From: Methylococcaceae bacterium
GTDB lineage: Bacteria; Pseudomonadota; Gammaproteobacteria; Methylococcales; Methylomonadaceae
NCBI GenBank assembly: GCA_007280895.1
Contig: QYQN01000023.1
Location: forward strand, 30,861 to 94,860
Length of the DNA stretch: 64,000 bases
Reading direction: 5' to 3'
Below the pieces are notes generated by a model. It had not been told where the DNA came from and did no database searches. It saw only the letters and a list, made by a program, of their open reading frames with translations. The position numbers and the translations under genes were made by a program. Positions 55,561-64,000 of this stretch are shown piece by piece (the stretch's first letter is position 1; each line of letters begins with the position of its first letter).

Positions 55561-57336
55561 TTATTTAGCAGCAGGTTTAATTAAGCGTATGCCCAGCTCT
55601 TTTAATTGCTCATCACTGACCACGGCAGGTGCATTAACTAAAGGACATGCGGCTGATTGCGTTTTTGGAAAAGCAATTACATCACGAATTGAACTAGACC
55701 CCGTCATTAACATCACCAAACGATCTAAACCAAAGGCTAAACCACCGTGTGGTGGCGCTCCATATTTTAAGGCATCTAATAAAAAGCCAAATTTTTCCCG
55801 CGCTTCATCTTCTTTAATACCCAGAATATCAAAGACGGTTTTTTGCATTGCTGAACGATTAATACGAATTGACCCTCCGCCCACTTCAGTACCATTTAAC
55901 ACCAAATCATAAGCGCGCGAAAGTGCAGCACCAGGATTAGCAACTAACTCTTCTGTAGAGCAACTAGGTGCGGTAAATGGATGATGAATTGCAGAAAAGC
56001 GCTGTGCTTTTTCATCCCACGCAAACATTGGGAAATCGATAATCCATACGGGTTTCCAATCACCTTCAAGTAATTTTAAATCATGTCCTAATTTCACCCG
56101 TAAGGCACCCATCGCTTCATTAACAATGGTCGCTTTATCGGCGCCAAAGAAAATTAAATCTCCCGCTTGCGCTCCTGTTTTGACAAGTACATTTGCCCAG
56201 ATTTCTGCTGAAGCGTACTTAACAATAGGTGATTGCAAGCCTTCAACGCCTGTAGTTAAGTCATTGACTTTAATGTAAGCTAAACCTTTAGCACCATAAA
56301 TACTGACGTATTTAGTTAAATCATCAATATCTTTACGACTTAACTCGCCTCCTGTGGGTACGCGCATCGCCACCACTCGCCCCTCTGGATCATTTGCAGG
56401 GCCAGAGAACACTTTAAAATCAACAGACTGCATTTCTTCAGCAATATCAACTAATTCTAAGGGGATACGTAAATCTGGACGATCAATACCAAAGCGCGAA
56501 ATGGCTTCTTGATATGTCATACGAGGAAACTGTGCGCCTAAATCAATATTAATGACCGTGGCAAATAATTGCCTAATCATTTCTTCCATAATGTCCATGA
56601 TGTCATTTTCTGTCATGAACGACGTTTCAATATCTAACTGAGTGAATTCAGGTTGTCTATCTGCACGTAAATCTTCGTCACGAAAACAACGCACCACTTG
56701 ATAATACCGATCCATGCCTGCAACCATTAAAATTTGTTTATACAATTGCGGTGATTGTGGCAGTGCAAAAAAAGTATTTTGATGAGTACGACTAGGCACA
56801 ATATAGTCGCGCGCTCCTTCTGGCGTTGCTTTAGTTAAATAGGGTGTTTCAATTTCAAAAAAGCCATGATCATCTAAGAAGTTTCTTAAAACACGCGTTA
56901 CGTCCCGACGTACCTTCATTTTTTCTTGCATTACCGTGCGACGCAAATCGATATAGCGATAACGTAAACGTAATTCTTCATTCACTTCAATATCGCTTTC
57001 TACAGGAAAAGGCGGCGTTTCAGATTCATTTAACACTTCAATATTCTGAGCTAATAATTCAATTTCACCTGAATACATGGCCAAATTAATAGTGCCGTCT
57101 GGGCGAGAACGAACGATACCGCTTACTTTTAATACATACTCACTACGCACCTGTTCAGCGGTGGCAAACGTATCGATAGTATCGGGATCTACAACAATCT
57201 GAACAATTCCTGCACGATCGCGTAAATCGATAAAAATGACGCCGCCGTGATCTCGACGACGATGTACCCAACCGCAAATATCTACCGTTGTGCCTAATTG
57301 TTCTGTATTAAGTTCTCCGCACTGATGGGTACGCAT
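55561..57336 (-). CDS. aspS: Aspartyl-tRNA synthetase
   Basis: 591 aa. N-terminal OB fold ([19 protein letters not shown]). Class-II motifs ([18 protein letters not shown]; GGGSIR; GLAFGLDR). Confidence 0.96.
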   Translation of the reverse strand: MRTHQCGELNTEQLGTTVDICGWVHRRRDHGGVIFIDLRDRAGIVQIVVDPDTIDTFATAEQVRSEYVLKVSGIVRSRPDGTINLAMYSGEIELLAQNIEVLNESETPPFPVESDIEVNEELRLRYRYIDLRRTVMQEKMKVRRDVTRVLRNFLDDHGFFEIETPYLTKATPEGARDYIVPSRTHQNTFFALPQSPQLYKQILMVAGMDRYYQVVRCFRDEDLRADRQPEFTQLDIETSFMTENDIMDIMEEMIRQLFATVINIDLGAQFPRMTYQEAISRFGIDRPDLRIPLELVDIAEEMQSVDFKVFSGPANDPEGRVVAMRVPTGGELSRKDIDDLTKYVSIYGAKGLAYIKVNDLTTGVEGLQSPIVKYASAEIWANVLVKTGAQAGDLIFFGADKATIVNEAMGALRVKLGHDLKLLEGDWKPVWIIDFPMFAWDEKAQRFSAIHHPFTAPSCSTEELVANPGAALSRAYDLVLNGTEVGGGSIRINRSAMQKTVFDILGIKEDEAREKFGFLLDALKYGAPPHGGLAFGLDRLVMLMTGSSSIRDVIAFPKTQSAACPLVNAPAVVSDEQLKELGIRLIKPAAK

Positions 57337-57410
57337 AATTATTCCCTGTAATAAAATGTAAGAGTTATAGATGATGTATAGAGTTAAATAAAAGTACCCT
57401 ATTTAAAAAT

Positions 57411-57680
57411 TTAAACGGTTTTATTCGCCTCTTTTTTTGTAGAAGTACTCGTGCTCGCTGCTGAAGATGAAGATTCACCTGCTACATTTTTTTTATTGCC
57501 ACTTTTAAAATCTGTTTCATACCAGCCACTGCCTTTTAAACGAAAACCTGCTGCTGATATTTTTTTAAGTAATTCTGGTTCGTTACAGGCTGGACAAATA
57601 AGCAGTGGTTCAGCAGAAATTTTTTGCAATGCTTCATGCTCATTACCGCAAGCTCGACATTGATATTCATAAATTGGCAT
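57411..57680 (-). CDS. FmdB-family zinc-ribbon protein
   Basis: MPIYEYQCRACGNEHE...CPACN, a CxxC...CxxC zinc ribbon with the YEY signature. Confidence 0.8.
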   Translation of the reverse strand: MPIYEYQCRACGNEHEALQKISAEPLLICPACNEPELLKKISAAGFRLKGSGWYETDFKSGNKKNVAGESSSSAASTSTSTKKEANKTV

Positions 57681-57801
57681 TCACGACCTCCTAAAATAAC
57701 TAAATTAATGGTAAAAATAAGGTGTAGTATGCGTTTTTCAAGGCATTTAATGAAGAACTTACTATAAAATGCCCCATCATTTTACTGCCACCTTCACCAC
57801 A

Positions 57802-58833
57802 ATGAAAACATTAAGCCTAACTCGCCCCGATGATTTCCATCTTCATGTCAGAGATGGAGCCTTATTAACCATGGTTATTGCTCATTCGGCCAAGCAATTT
57901 GCGCGTGCCATGATTATGCCAAATTTAAAGCCCCCCATTGTTACTGTTCAGCAAGCAGAATGCTACCATCAAGAAATTTTAACTGCATTACCTCCAGAGG
58001 CTACGTTTAAGCCACTGATGAGCTTATATCTCACCGAGGCGACCAGTATTGATGAAATAAAAAAAGCTGCACATAGTGACGTTGTTTATGCCTTTAAGTT
58101 ATATCCCGCTGGGGCTACAACGCATTCTGATTTAGGTGTAAAAAATATCACCTCCATTTATCCTTTATTTGCAGAAATGGAAAAACAAGATATTCCCTTG
58201 TTAATTCATGGTGAAGTGACTGATGAAAAGTACGATATTTTTGATCGGGAACGTGTTTTTATTGAGCGTTATTTAGTAGATGTGCATCAACAATTCCCAG
58301 CACTACGTATTGTATTAGAGCACTTAACCACGGCTGAAGCAGTGCAATTTGTTAGTGCGGCTAGCTCTCAGGTTGCCGCAACCATTACGCCTCAACACCT
58401 GCTATACAATCGCAATGCCTTGTTCAGCGGCGGCATACGCCCACATTATTATTGCTTGCCCATTCTTAAGCGGGAAGAACATCGTTTAGCTTTGGTTAAC
58501 GCTGCGACCAGTGGTAATCCTAAATTCTTTTTAGGCACAGATAGCGCGCCCCATACCCAAACCATGAAAGAAAATACATGTGGCTGCGCTGGCTGTTACA
58601 GTGCCTTTGGAGCCTTAGAATTGTATGCGGAAGCCTTTGAGCGTGCCGAAGCCTTAGATAAATTAGAAGGTTTTGCCAGTTTTTATGGTGCAGATTTTTA
58701 TCATCTCCCTAGAAATACAGACACCATTACTTTAGTCAAATCAGCATGGCAAGTCCCTGATAATTATGGTAATAATGAAATAAATATTGTGCCTTTAGCT
58801 GCGGGCAGCACCTTACAATGGCGACAATCATAA
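57802..58833 (+). CDS. pyrC: Dihydroorotase (class II, homodimeric type)
   Basis: Start at the ATG at 57802 (MKTLSLTRPDDFHLHVRDG). MPNL, FKLYPAGATT (carboxylated Lys), HGE, FLGTDSAPH. Confidence 0.92.
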   Translation: MKTLSLTRPDDFHLHVRDGALLTMVIAHSAKQFARAMIMPNLKPPIVTVQQAECYHQEILTALPPEATFKPLMSLYLTEATSIDEIKKAAHSDVVYAFKLYPAGATTHSDLGVKNITSIYPLFAEMEKQDIPLLIHGEVTDEKYDIFDRERVFIERYLVDVHQQFPALRIVLEHLTTAEAVQFVSAASSQVAATITPQHLLYNRNALFSGGIRPHYYCLPILKREEHRLALVNAATSGNPKFFLGTDSAPHTQTMKENTCGCAGCYSAFGALELYAEAFERAEALDKLEGFASFYGADFYHLPRNTDTITLVKSAWQVPDNYGNNEINIVPLAAGSTLQWRQS

Positions 58834-58929
58834 GCCAAATTTTTAAGCAAATTAGGCTGTTAATTTTTAAAATGACGGCAACTTAACGTAACATGCGTAA
58901 TTATTTAGTTTTAGGATAGCTTATTTCCA

Positions 58930-59601
58930 ATGGAAAAGCCGATGACACCGTTAAACAATCGATTTCGAGGCTATCTGCCAGTTATTATTGATATCGAAAC
59001 AGCAGGCTTTAATGCCAAAAAAAATGCCTTATTAGAAATTGCCGCTATCATTGTTGAGTTAAATAGCCAAGGTGATTTACACCTCACCGAGCGTTATTCT
59101 GCACACGTTATTCCCTTTAAAAACGCAGAGTTAGATGAAGCTGCCTTAAAATTTAATGGCATTGATCCCTATCATCCTTTTCGTATGGCAATTGAAGAAA
59201 AAGAAGCCTTAGAACATTTATTTACGCCTATTCGCCATGCTGTAAAACGCAACAATTGCACGCGTGCTATTTTAGTGGGGCACAACCCTGCTTTTGATAT
59301 TGGCTTCTTAAATGCAGCCATACAGCGTACAAAAATCAAACGTAGTCCTTTTCACCCGTTTAGTAGTTTTGATACGGCGACACTCGGAGGTTTGGCGTAC
59401 CAACAAACTGTCTTAGCAAAAATTGCTGAAACGGCTGGACTTCACTGGGATAACGCCAAAGCCCACTCAGCCTTATATGATGCAGAAAAAACAGCTGAAT
59501 TATTTTGTTTAATAGTGAATCGTTGGCGCGCACTTGAAAATTTAGCCGCTTTGTCAACGCAAGCAGAGGAAGTGGAAACAAACGTGCTTGTCTCCACTTA
59601 A
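58930..59601 (+). CDS. rnt: Ribonuclease T
   Basis: RFRGYLPVIIDIETAG (DEDD exo I), VGHNPAFD (exo II), HSALYDAEKTAELF (exo III). Confidence 0.9.
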   Translation: MEKPMTPLNNRFRGYLPVIIDIETAGFNAKKNALLEIAAIIVELNSQGDLHLTERYSAHVIPFKNAELDEAALKFNGIDPYHPFRMAIEEKEALEHLFTPIRHAVKRNNCTRAILVGHNPAFDIGFLNAAIQRTKIKRSPFHPFSSFDTATLGGLAYQQTVLAKIAETAGLHWDNAKAHSALYDAEKTAELFCLIVNRWRALENLAALSTQAEEVETNVLVST

Positions 59602-59740
59602 GTGATGGTTACAACCTTCTCACGTACTGTACGTCTTAGCCTCTCACCACACAAAGTTAAGTACTCGTCGCTGGTGGAGCAGAAACCCTTAACAATTTAG
59701 GTGCTCATCTTAATGTTGTGCAACAAAGCTTTTCACTACA

Positions 59741-60079
59741 TTACTCATCAGCAGGCAGTGACGGTGTGCCAACCAACAAGTTTGCTAATTCACCTTTTTC
59801 AAATAAATCAATCACAATATCGCAACCGCCAATTAATTCACCCTTAACATAAAGTTGAGGATATGTTGGCCAATGAGAATATTCTTTTAATGCTTCACGT
59901 AACTCAGGATCATCAAAAATATTTACTGTCGCGTATTTGGCATTACACGCATCCAATAACTGCACAGTGCGTCCAGAAAAACCACATTGTGGGAAATCAG
60001 GTGTTCCTTTCATATACAACACAACCGAGTTAGAAGACAGTTGATGTTTAATTTTATCTATCACATTCATGGTAGTCAT
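59741..60079 (-). CDS. grxD: Monothiol glutaredoxin Grx4/GrxD
   Basis: CGFS active site (PQCGFSGR). WPTYPQLYVKGELIGGCDI. Confidence 0.92.
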   Translation of the reverse strand: MTTMNVIDKIKHQLSSNSVVLYMKGTPDFPQCGFSGRTVQLLDACNAKYATVNIFDDPELREALKEYSHWPTYPQLYVKGELIGGCDIVIDLFEKGELANLLVGTPSLPADE

Positions 60080-60151
60080 TCCTCAAAATATAAAAACCTA
60101 GTAATTCTATCAAGATTAAGCGACTAAAAAAAGTAACTTACGTGGGTAGAC

Positions 60152-60180
60152 TTGCTTAGGGCGTATTTGAAATTTATAAT
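60152..60180 (+). promoter_or_regulatory. Candidate sigma-70 promoter of argD-argF
   Basis: TTGCTT (60152-60157), 17-nt spacer, TATAAT (60175-60180), 55 nt upstream of the argD ATG. Confidence 0.5.
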
Positions 60181-60234
60181 CGAACATTTTTTTAATGGTT
60201 GCAATTCAACCATTTTGGCTAATTAGGTAAATTT

Positions 60235-61413
60235 ATGAATAATCACATTATGCCCACCTACCAACGTTTACCTGTTTCTTTTGAAAAAGGAAACGGTGTT
60301 TGGTTATGGGATGATGCTAATAATCGCTACCTTGATGCATTATCTGGTATTGCTGTATGTAATCTTGGTCACGCACATCCAGCCATACATCAAGCCTTAA
60401 CGGAACAAAGTGGAAAATTAATTCATACCTCCAATATTTATCGCAATACGCTTCAAGAACAATTAGCTGACCGTTTAATTGAAAAAAGCACAATGGATAA
60501 TGTGTTTTTTTGCAATTCAGGAGCTGAAGCTAATGAAGCTGCGATAAAAATAGCCAGAAAATACGGTCATGAGCAAGGTATCGATCTCCCCGCCATTATA
60601 GTCATGGAAAAAAGTTTCCATGGTCGTACTTTAGCTACCTTAAGTGCAACAGGCAATACTAAAGTTCAACAAGGTTTTGCCCCCTTAGTTGACGGGTTTG
60701 TTCGTGTTCCTTTCAACAATGTCACAGCAATCGAAGACGCTATTAAAAATAACCCTTCAATTGTCGCCATTTTAGTAGAGCCCATTCAAGGCGAAGGGGG
60801 CATTAATATTCCTGATCCAGATTATTTACAGCAACTTCGACGTATTTGTGATGAACACCAGTTACTTATGATGCTTGATGAAATTCAAGCCGGAATTGGT
60901 CGTACTGGAAAGTTTCTTGCTTATCAACATAGCACGAGTATTCCAGATGTTTGTACCTTAGCTAAAGCCTTAGGCAATGGCGTGCCTATTGGCGCCTGCT
61001 TAGCACGTGGTAAAGCTGCTGAAATATTAACAGCCGGCACGCACGGCTCAACGTTTGGTGGTAACCCACTTGCTTGCAGCGCAGCATTAGCGGTATTAAC
61101 AACGTTAGATAGCGATGATTTAATTTCATCAGCACGCACTAAAGGTGATCTTATTTGTGCTGGATTTTCTGCAAAGTTAAAAAACAATCAACATATTATC
61201 GATATTAGGCATGTTGGCTTAATGATCGGCATCGAAGTAGATCGTCCCTGTGCAGAACTTGTTAAAATGGCCTTACACCAGCATTTACTTATTAATGTCA
61301 CCAATGATAATGTTATTCGCTTATTGCCCCCATTAATTATCAATGAAGAACAAATACACCTTCTTGTTGAGCAATTAACACACCTTATTCACGAGTTCAC
61401 CCAACCACTATGA
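60235..61413 (+). CDS. argD: Acetylornithine (succinylornithine-type) aminotransferase
   Basis: Class-III aminotransferase ([40 protein letters not shown]). Overlaps the argF start (ATGA). Confidence 0.85.
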   Translation: MNNHIMPTYQRLPVSFEKGNGVWLWDDANNRYLDALSGIAVCNLGHAHPAIHQALTEQSGKLIHTSNIYRNTLQEQLADRLIEKSTMDNVFFCNSGAEANEAAIKIARKYGHEQGIDLPAIIVMEKSFHGRTLATLSATGNTKVQQGFAPLVDGFVRVPFNNVTAIEDAIKNNPSIVAILVEPIQGEGGINIPDPDYLQQLRRICDEHQLLMMLDEIQAGIGRTGKFLAYQHSTSIPDVCTLAKALGNGVPIGACLARGKAAEILTAGTHGSTFGGNPLACSAALAVLTTLDSDDLISSARTKGDLICAGFSAKLKNNQHIIDIRHVGLMIGIEVDRPCAELVKMALHQHLLINVTNDNVIRLLPPLIINEEQIHLLVEQLTHLIHEFTQPL

Positions 61414-62318
61414 AACCAAGACATTTTATAAGCCTGTTAGATTTAAGCAGTAATGAATTACGGCAACTTATTTATCGAGCCATCGAATTAAAACATCATC
61501 GTGACCCACACTACCAACCGTTAAAAGGTCAGGTATTGGCCATGATCTTTGAAAAATCATCGACACGCACACGTATTTCGTTTGAAGCAGGAATGGTTCA
61601 TTTTGGTGGCAGTGCCTTATTTTTATCGCCACGTGACACCCAATTGGGTCGTGGTGAACCTTTACGTGACAGTGCAAAAGTTATTTCAAGTATGGTTGAT
61701 TGCGTCATGTTAAGAACAAATACACATGAAACCGTCACCACCTTTGCCGAACATTCCCGTGTACCTGTTATCAATGGGCTTACCGATCAACAACATCCCT
61801 GTCAATTGCTTGCAGATATGCAAACCTATTTTGAACTACGAGGTGATATTCAAGGGAAAACGGTGACTTGGATTGGCGACGGCAATAATATGTGTCATTC
61901 GTATATACATGCTGCAAAGCAATTAAACTTTAGGTTAAATATTGCTTGCCCAGAAGGCTATTATCCTGACCAAGAAATAAGCCAGCATGCACACGAACAT
62001 ATTCATTTTTTTTCTGATGCAATCACTGCGGCACAACAAGCAGACTTAGTCGTAACTGATGTGTGGGCTAGTATGGGGCAAGAAGAAGAGCAACAGGCAC
62101 GGGTCATTGCATTTAAAGACTACCAAGTCTCACAAACAATTATGGCAGTGGCTAAACAAGACGCCATTTTTATGCATTGCTTGCCTGCTCACCGTGATGA
62201 GGAGGTAAGTAGCGAGGTGATTGATGGTCATCAAAGTGTGGTTTTTGCCGAAGCAGAAAATCGCTTACATGCTCAAAAAGCATTATTGGAATTTTTGTTG
62301 TGCAACCAACACCCATAA
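61410..62318 (+). CDS. argF: Ornithine carbamoyltransferase
   Basis: [33 protein letters not shown]. Confidence 0.9.
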   Translation: MKPRHFISLLDLSSNELRQLIYRAIELKHHRDPHYQPLKGQVLAMIFEKSSTRTRISFEAGMVHFGGSALFLSPRDTQLGRGEPLRDSAKVISSMVDCVMLRTNTHETVTTFAEHSRVPVINGLTDQQHPCQLLADMQTYFELRGDIQGKTVTWIGDGNNMCHSYIHAAKQLNFRLNIACPEGYYPDQEISQHAHEHIHFFSDAITAAQQADLVVTDVWASMGQEEEQQARVIAFKDYQVSQTIMAVAKQDAIFMHCLPAHRDEEVSSEVIDGHQSVVFAEAENRLHAQKALLEFLLCNQHP

Positions 62319-62405
62319 AATCTATACTTTAACTTGTTATAGAAAACATAACAGTCTACGTATATTATTTAAATTAAATTTCAGTTAACACTAGAGATTC
62401 TTACC

Positions 62406-63071
62406 GTGAAAAAAATAGTTATTGCATTCATAAGCTTTTTAATTGGTTTCGGTAATGCTCATGCTGAAATTGTTTACGTCACTGATAATTTAAATCTAAG
62501 CTTACGAAGTGACAGTTATAACGAAGCAAAAGTAGTTAAATTAATTCCAACAGGAACGCCGCTTACCGTGACTGGAGAAAAAACTCCTACCGGTTTTTTA
62601 CCTGTACAAATGAACAATGGCACAGCAGGATTTATCTTAGCTCGTCACGTGCAAAAAGAAGTGCCAGCACGCGACCAATTTGAAAACTTGACTAAAACGA
62701 TTAAAACGCTGGAAAACGAAAATGCTAGCTTAAAAACAGAGCTAAAAAAAACCAAAGACATTATCACCCCAGGTTCTACCTTAGAAAAAACACTGGCTAA
62801 GCAACGCGATGATTTAACACTAGAATTAGACGCACTTAAACAATCTGCCAGCGGTGTGGTGCAATTAAAAAATGAACGGGATGAACTGCAAGAACGTGTA
62901 GTCAATGCTGAACGCGAATTACAACAATTAAAACTTGAAAATCAATCTCTTAAAGACAGCACCAATCAAGATTGGTTTTTATACGGCGGCTTACTTTCTT
63001 TCCTCAGTGTGTTATTAGGCTTTATTTTGCCCAAACTTGGTTGGCGCCGTAAAAACAGCTGGGGCTATTAA
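62406..63071 (+). CDS. SH3-domain protein with a coiled coil and a C-terminal TM anchor (YgiM/TIGR04211-like)
   Basis: GTG start, signal peptide, bacterial SH3-like segment (YVTDNLNLSLRS...GFILARHV), a long coiled coil and a C-terminal hydrophobic helix. Confidence 0.7.
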   Translation: MKKIVIAFISFLIGFGNAHAEIVYVTDNLNLSLRSDSYNEAKVVKLIPTGTPLTVTGEKTPTGFLPVQMNNGTAGFILARHVQKEVPARDQFENLTKTIKTLENENASLKTELKKTKDIITPGSTLEKTLAKQRDDLTLELDALKQSASGVVQLKNERDELQERVVNAERELQQLKLENQSLKDSTNQDWFLYGGLLSFLSVLLGFILPKLGWRRKNSWGY

Positions 63072-63159
63072 TCGTCCTCGGCAAAACAATAAAGATAAGG
63101 CTAACCTTATTTCACTCTCTACTAACACTACAAAATAGTATATTTTTCAGGAATTTTCT

Positions 63160-64000
63160 ATGTCTCATTCGGACGATAAAAACATGCGGAGTTTTTCTTC
63201 ATTAGTGGTTGATGGTATGGAGCGCGCACCCAGTCGAGCCATGCTTCATGCCGTTGGCTTTACTAATGACGATTTTCACAAGCCACAAATTGGCATTGCT
63301 TCAACATGGAGCATGGTTACTCCCTGTAATATGCATATCAATCAATTAGCAGATGCCGCCGCCATTGGCGTTAATCAGGCTCAAGGTAAAGCGGTTATTT
63401 TCAATACCATTACTATTTCAGACGGTATTTCAATGGGTACAGAGGGAATGAAATATTCCTTGGTATCGCGTGAAGTCATTGCTGACTCTATAGAAACTGT
63501 CGTCGGTTGTCAGGGCTTTGATGGAGTTGTTGCCATTGGTGGCTGTGATAAAAACATGCCCGGCTGTATGATCGCTATATCACGATTAAACCGTCCTGCT
63601 ATTTTCGTTTATGGAGGCACGATCATGCCTGGCTGCCATAAAGACAAAAAACTAGATGTGGTCTCAGTTTTTGAAGCAGTAGGCGCTCGTGCAAATAATA
63701 AGATTGATGATGCTGAATTAGCAGAAATTGAAGCCAAAGCCATCCCAGGAGCCGGTTCGTGTGGTGGTATGTATACAGCTAATACCATGGCCTCAGCCAT
63801 TGAAGCCTTGGGCATGAGCTTACCCAATAGTTCTGCACAAGCTGCCATTTCCAATGATAAACGCATCGATTGTGAGCAGGCAGGTGCCGCCGTTTTAGAA
63901 TTATTAAAAAATAATATAAAACCCAGTGACATCATGACTAAACCAGCCTTTGAAAATGCAATTACTATTGTTATTGCTCTTGGCGGTTCAACCAATGCTG
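63160..64000 (+). CDS. ilvD: Dihydroxy-acid dehydratase (3' end outside the window)
   Basis: Read directly from the sequence; not in the ORF track because the frame is open-ended. [34 protein letters not shown]...TPCNMHI...[20 protein letters not shown]...GGCDKNMPG. Confidence 0.93.
   Translation, partial: MSHSDDKNMRSFSSLVVDGMERAPSRAMLHAVGFTNDDFHKPQIGIASTWSMVTPCNMHINQLADAAAIGVNQAQGKAVIFNTITISDGISMGTEGMKYSLVSREVIADSIETVVGCQGFDGVVAIGGCDKNMPGCMIAISRLNRPAIFVYGGTIMPGCHKDKKLDVVSVFEAVGARANNKIDDAELAEIEAKAIPGAGSCGGMYTANTMASAIEALGMSLPNSSAQAAISNDKRIDCEQAGAAVLELLKNNIKPSDIMTKPAFENAITIVIALGGSTNA

Noticed and set aside
1-64000. Mobile elements, CRISPR arrays, tRNA/rRNA genes, toxin-antitoxin or defence islands
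   Set aside because: I saw no transposase, integrase or phage-like ORFs, no regularly spaced direct repeats and no tRNA-like T-arm (GGTTCGAATCC-type) in intergenic DNA. Nearly all ORFs have clear housekeeping, flagellar or lipid-pathway identities. This scan was visual only; tRNAscan, Infernal or a CRISPR finder would be needed for certainty.

Overview
AT-rich, densely coding chromosomal window that looks gammaproteobacterial, with gene order resembling polar flagellates such as the Pseudomonas/Vibrio/Legionella types. Reading by eye, I found no rRNA, tRNA, CRISPR array, IS element, integrase or prophage signal. Content from left to right: (1) The tail of a chemotaxis locus: a CheB-type receiver-only ORF running off the left edge, full-length cheB, a 202-aa soluble protein with two copies of the chemoreceptor hairpin-tip motif, and a coupled metallo-beta-lactamase-fold gene resembling the di-iron ODP chemotaxis sensor. 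(2) A hopanoid locus: a divergent mlaA-like/hpnM/hpnH unit and sqs-shc-hpnG-hpnO, followed by copC, a long copD, dxs and apt. (3) An isolated hypC-hypD pair lying directly downstream of flgM-flgN-flgZ. (4) About 26 kb of flagellar genes: motAB, flgA, flgBCDEFGHIJKL, fliLMNOPQR, flhB, flhA, flhF, fleN, fliA, a second stator motCD and a DUF2802 gene. (5) Housekeeping genes: aspC, hemW, cspA, hemL, cobO, relA, a mutT-thiE-like fusion, aspS, pyrC, rnt, grxD, argD, argF and ilvD. The most unusual item is the chemotaxis tail at 1-2862, with its CheB-REC paralogue, tandem double-tip mini-receptor and ODP-like sensor. Lesser oddities: an MlaA/MlaC-like pair tied to hpnH; a direct flgL|fliL junction with G8 and T8 tracts; a 308-bp structured spacer splitting flhB from flhA that shares a collinear motif set with the rnt 3' region; and several long perfect inverted repeats in promoter regions. 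All functional calls come from reading the translated ORFs for family motifs. No database search was run.
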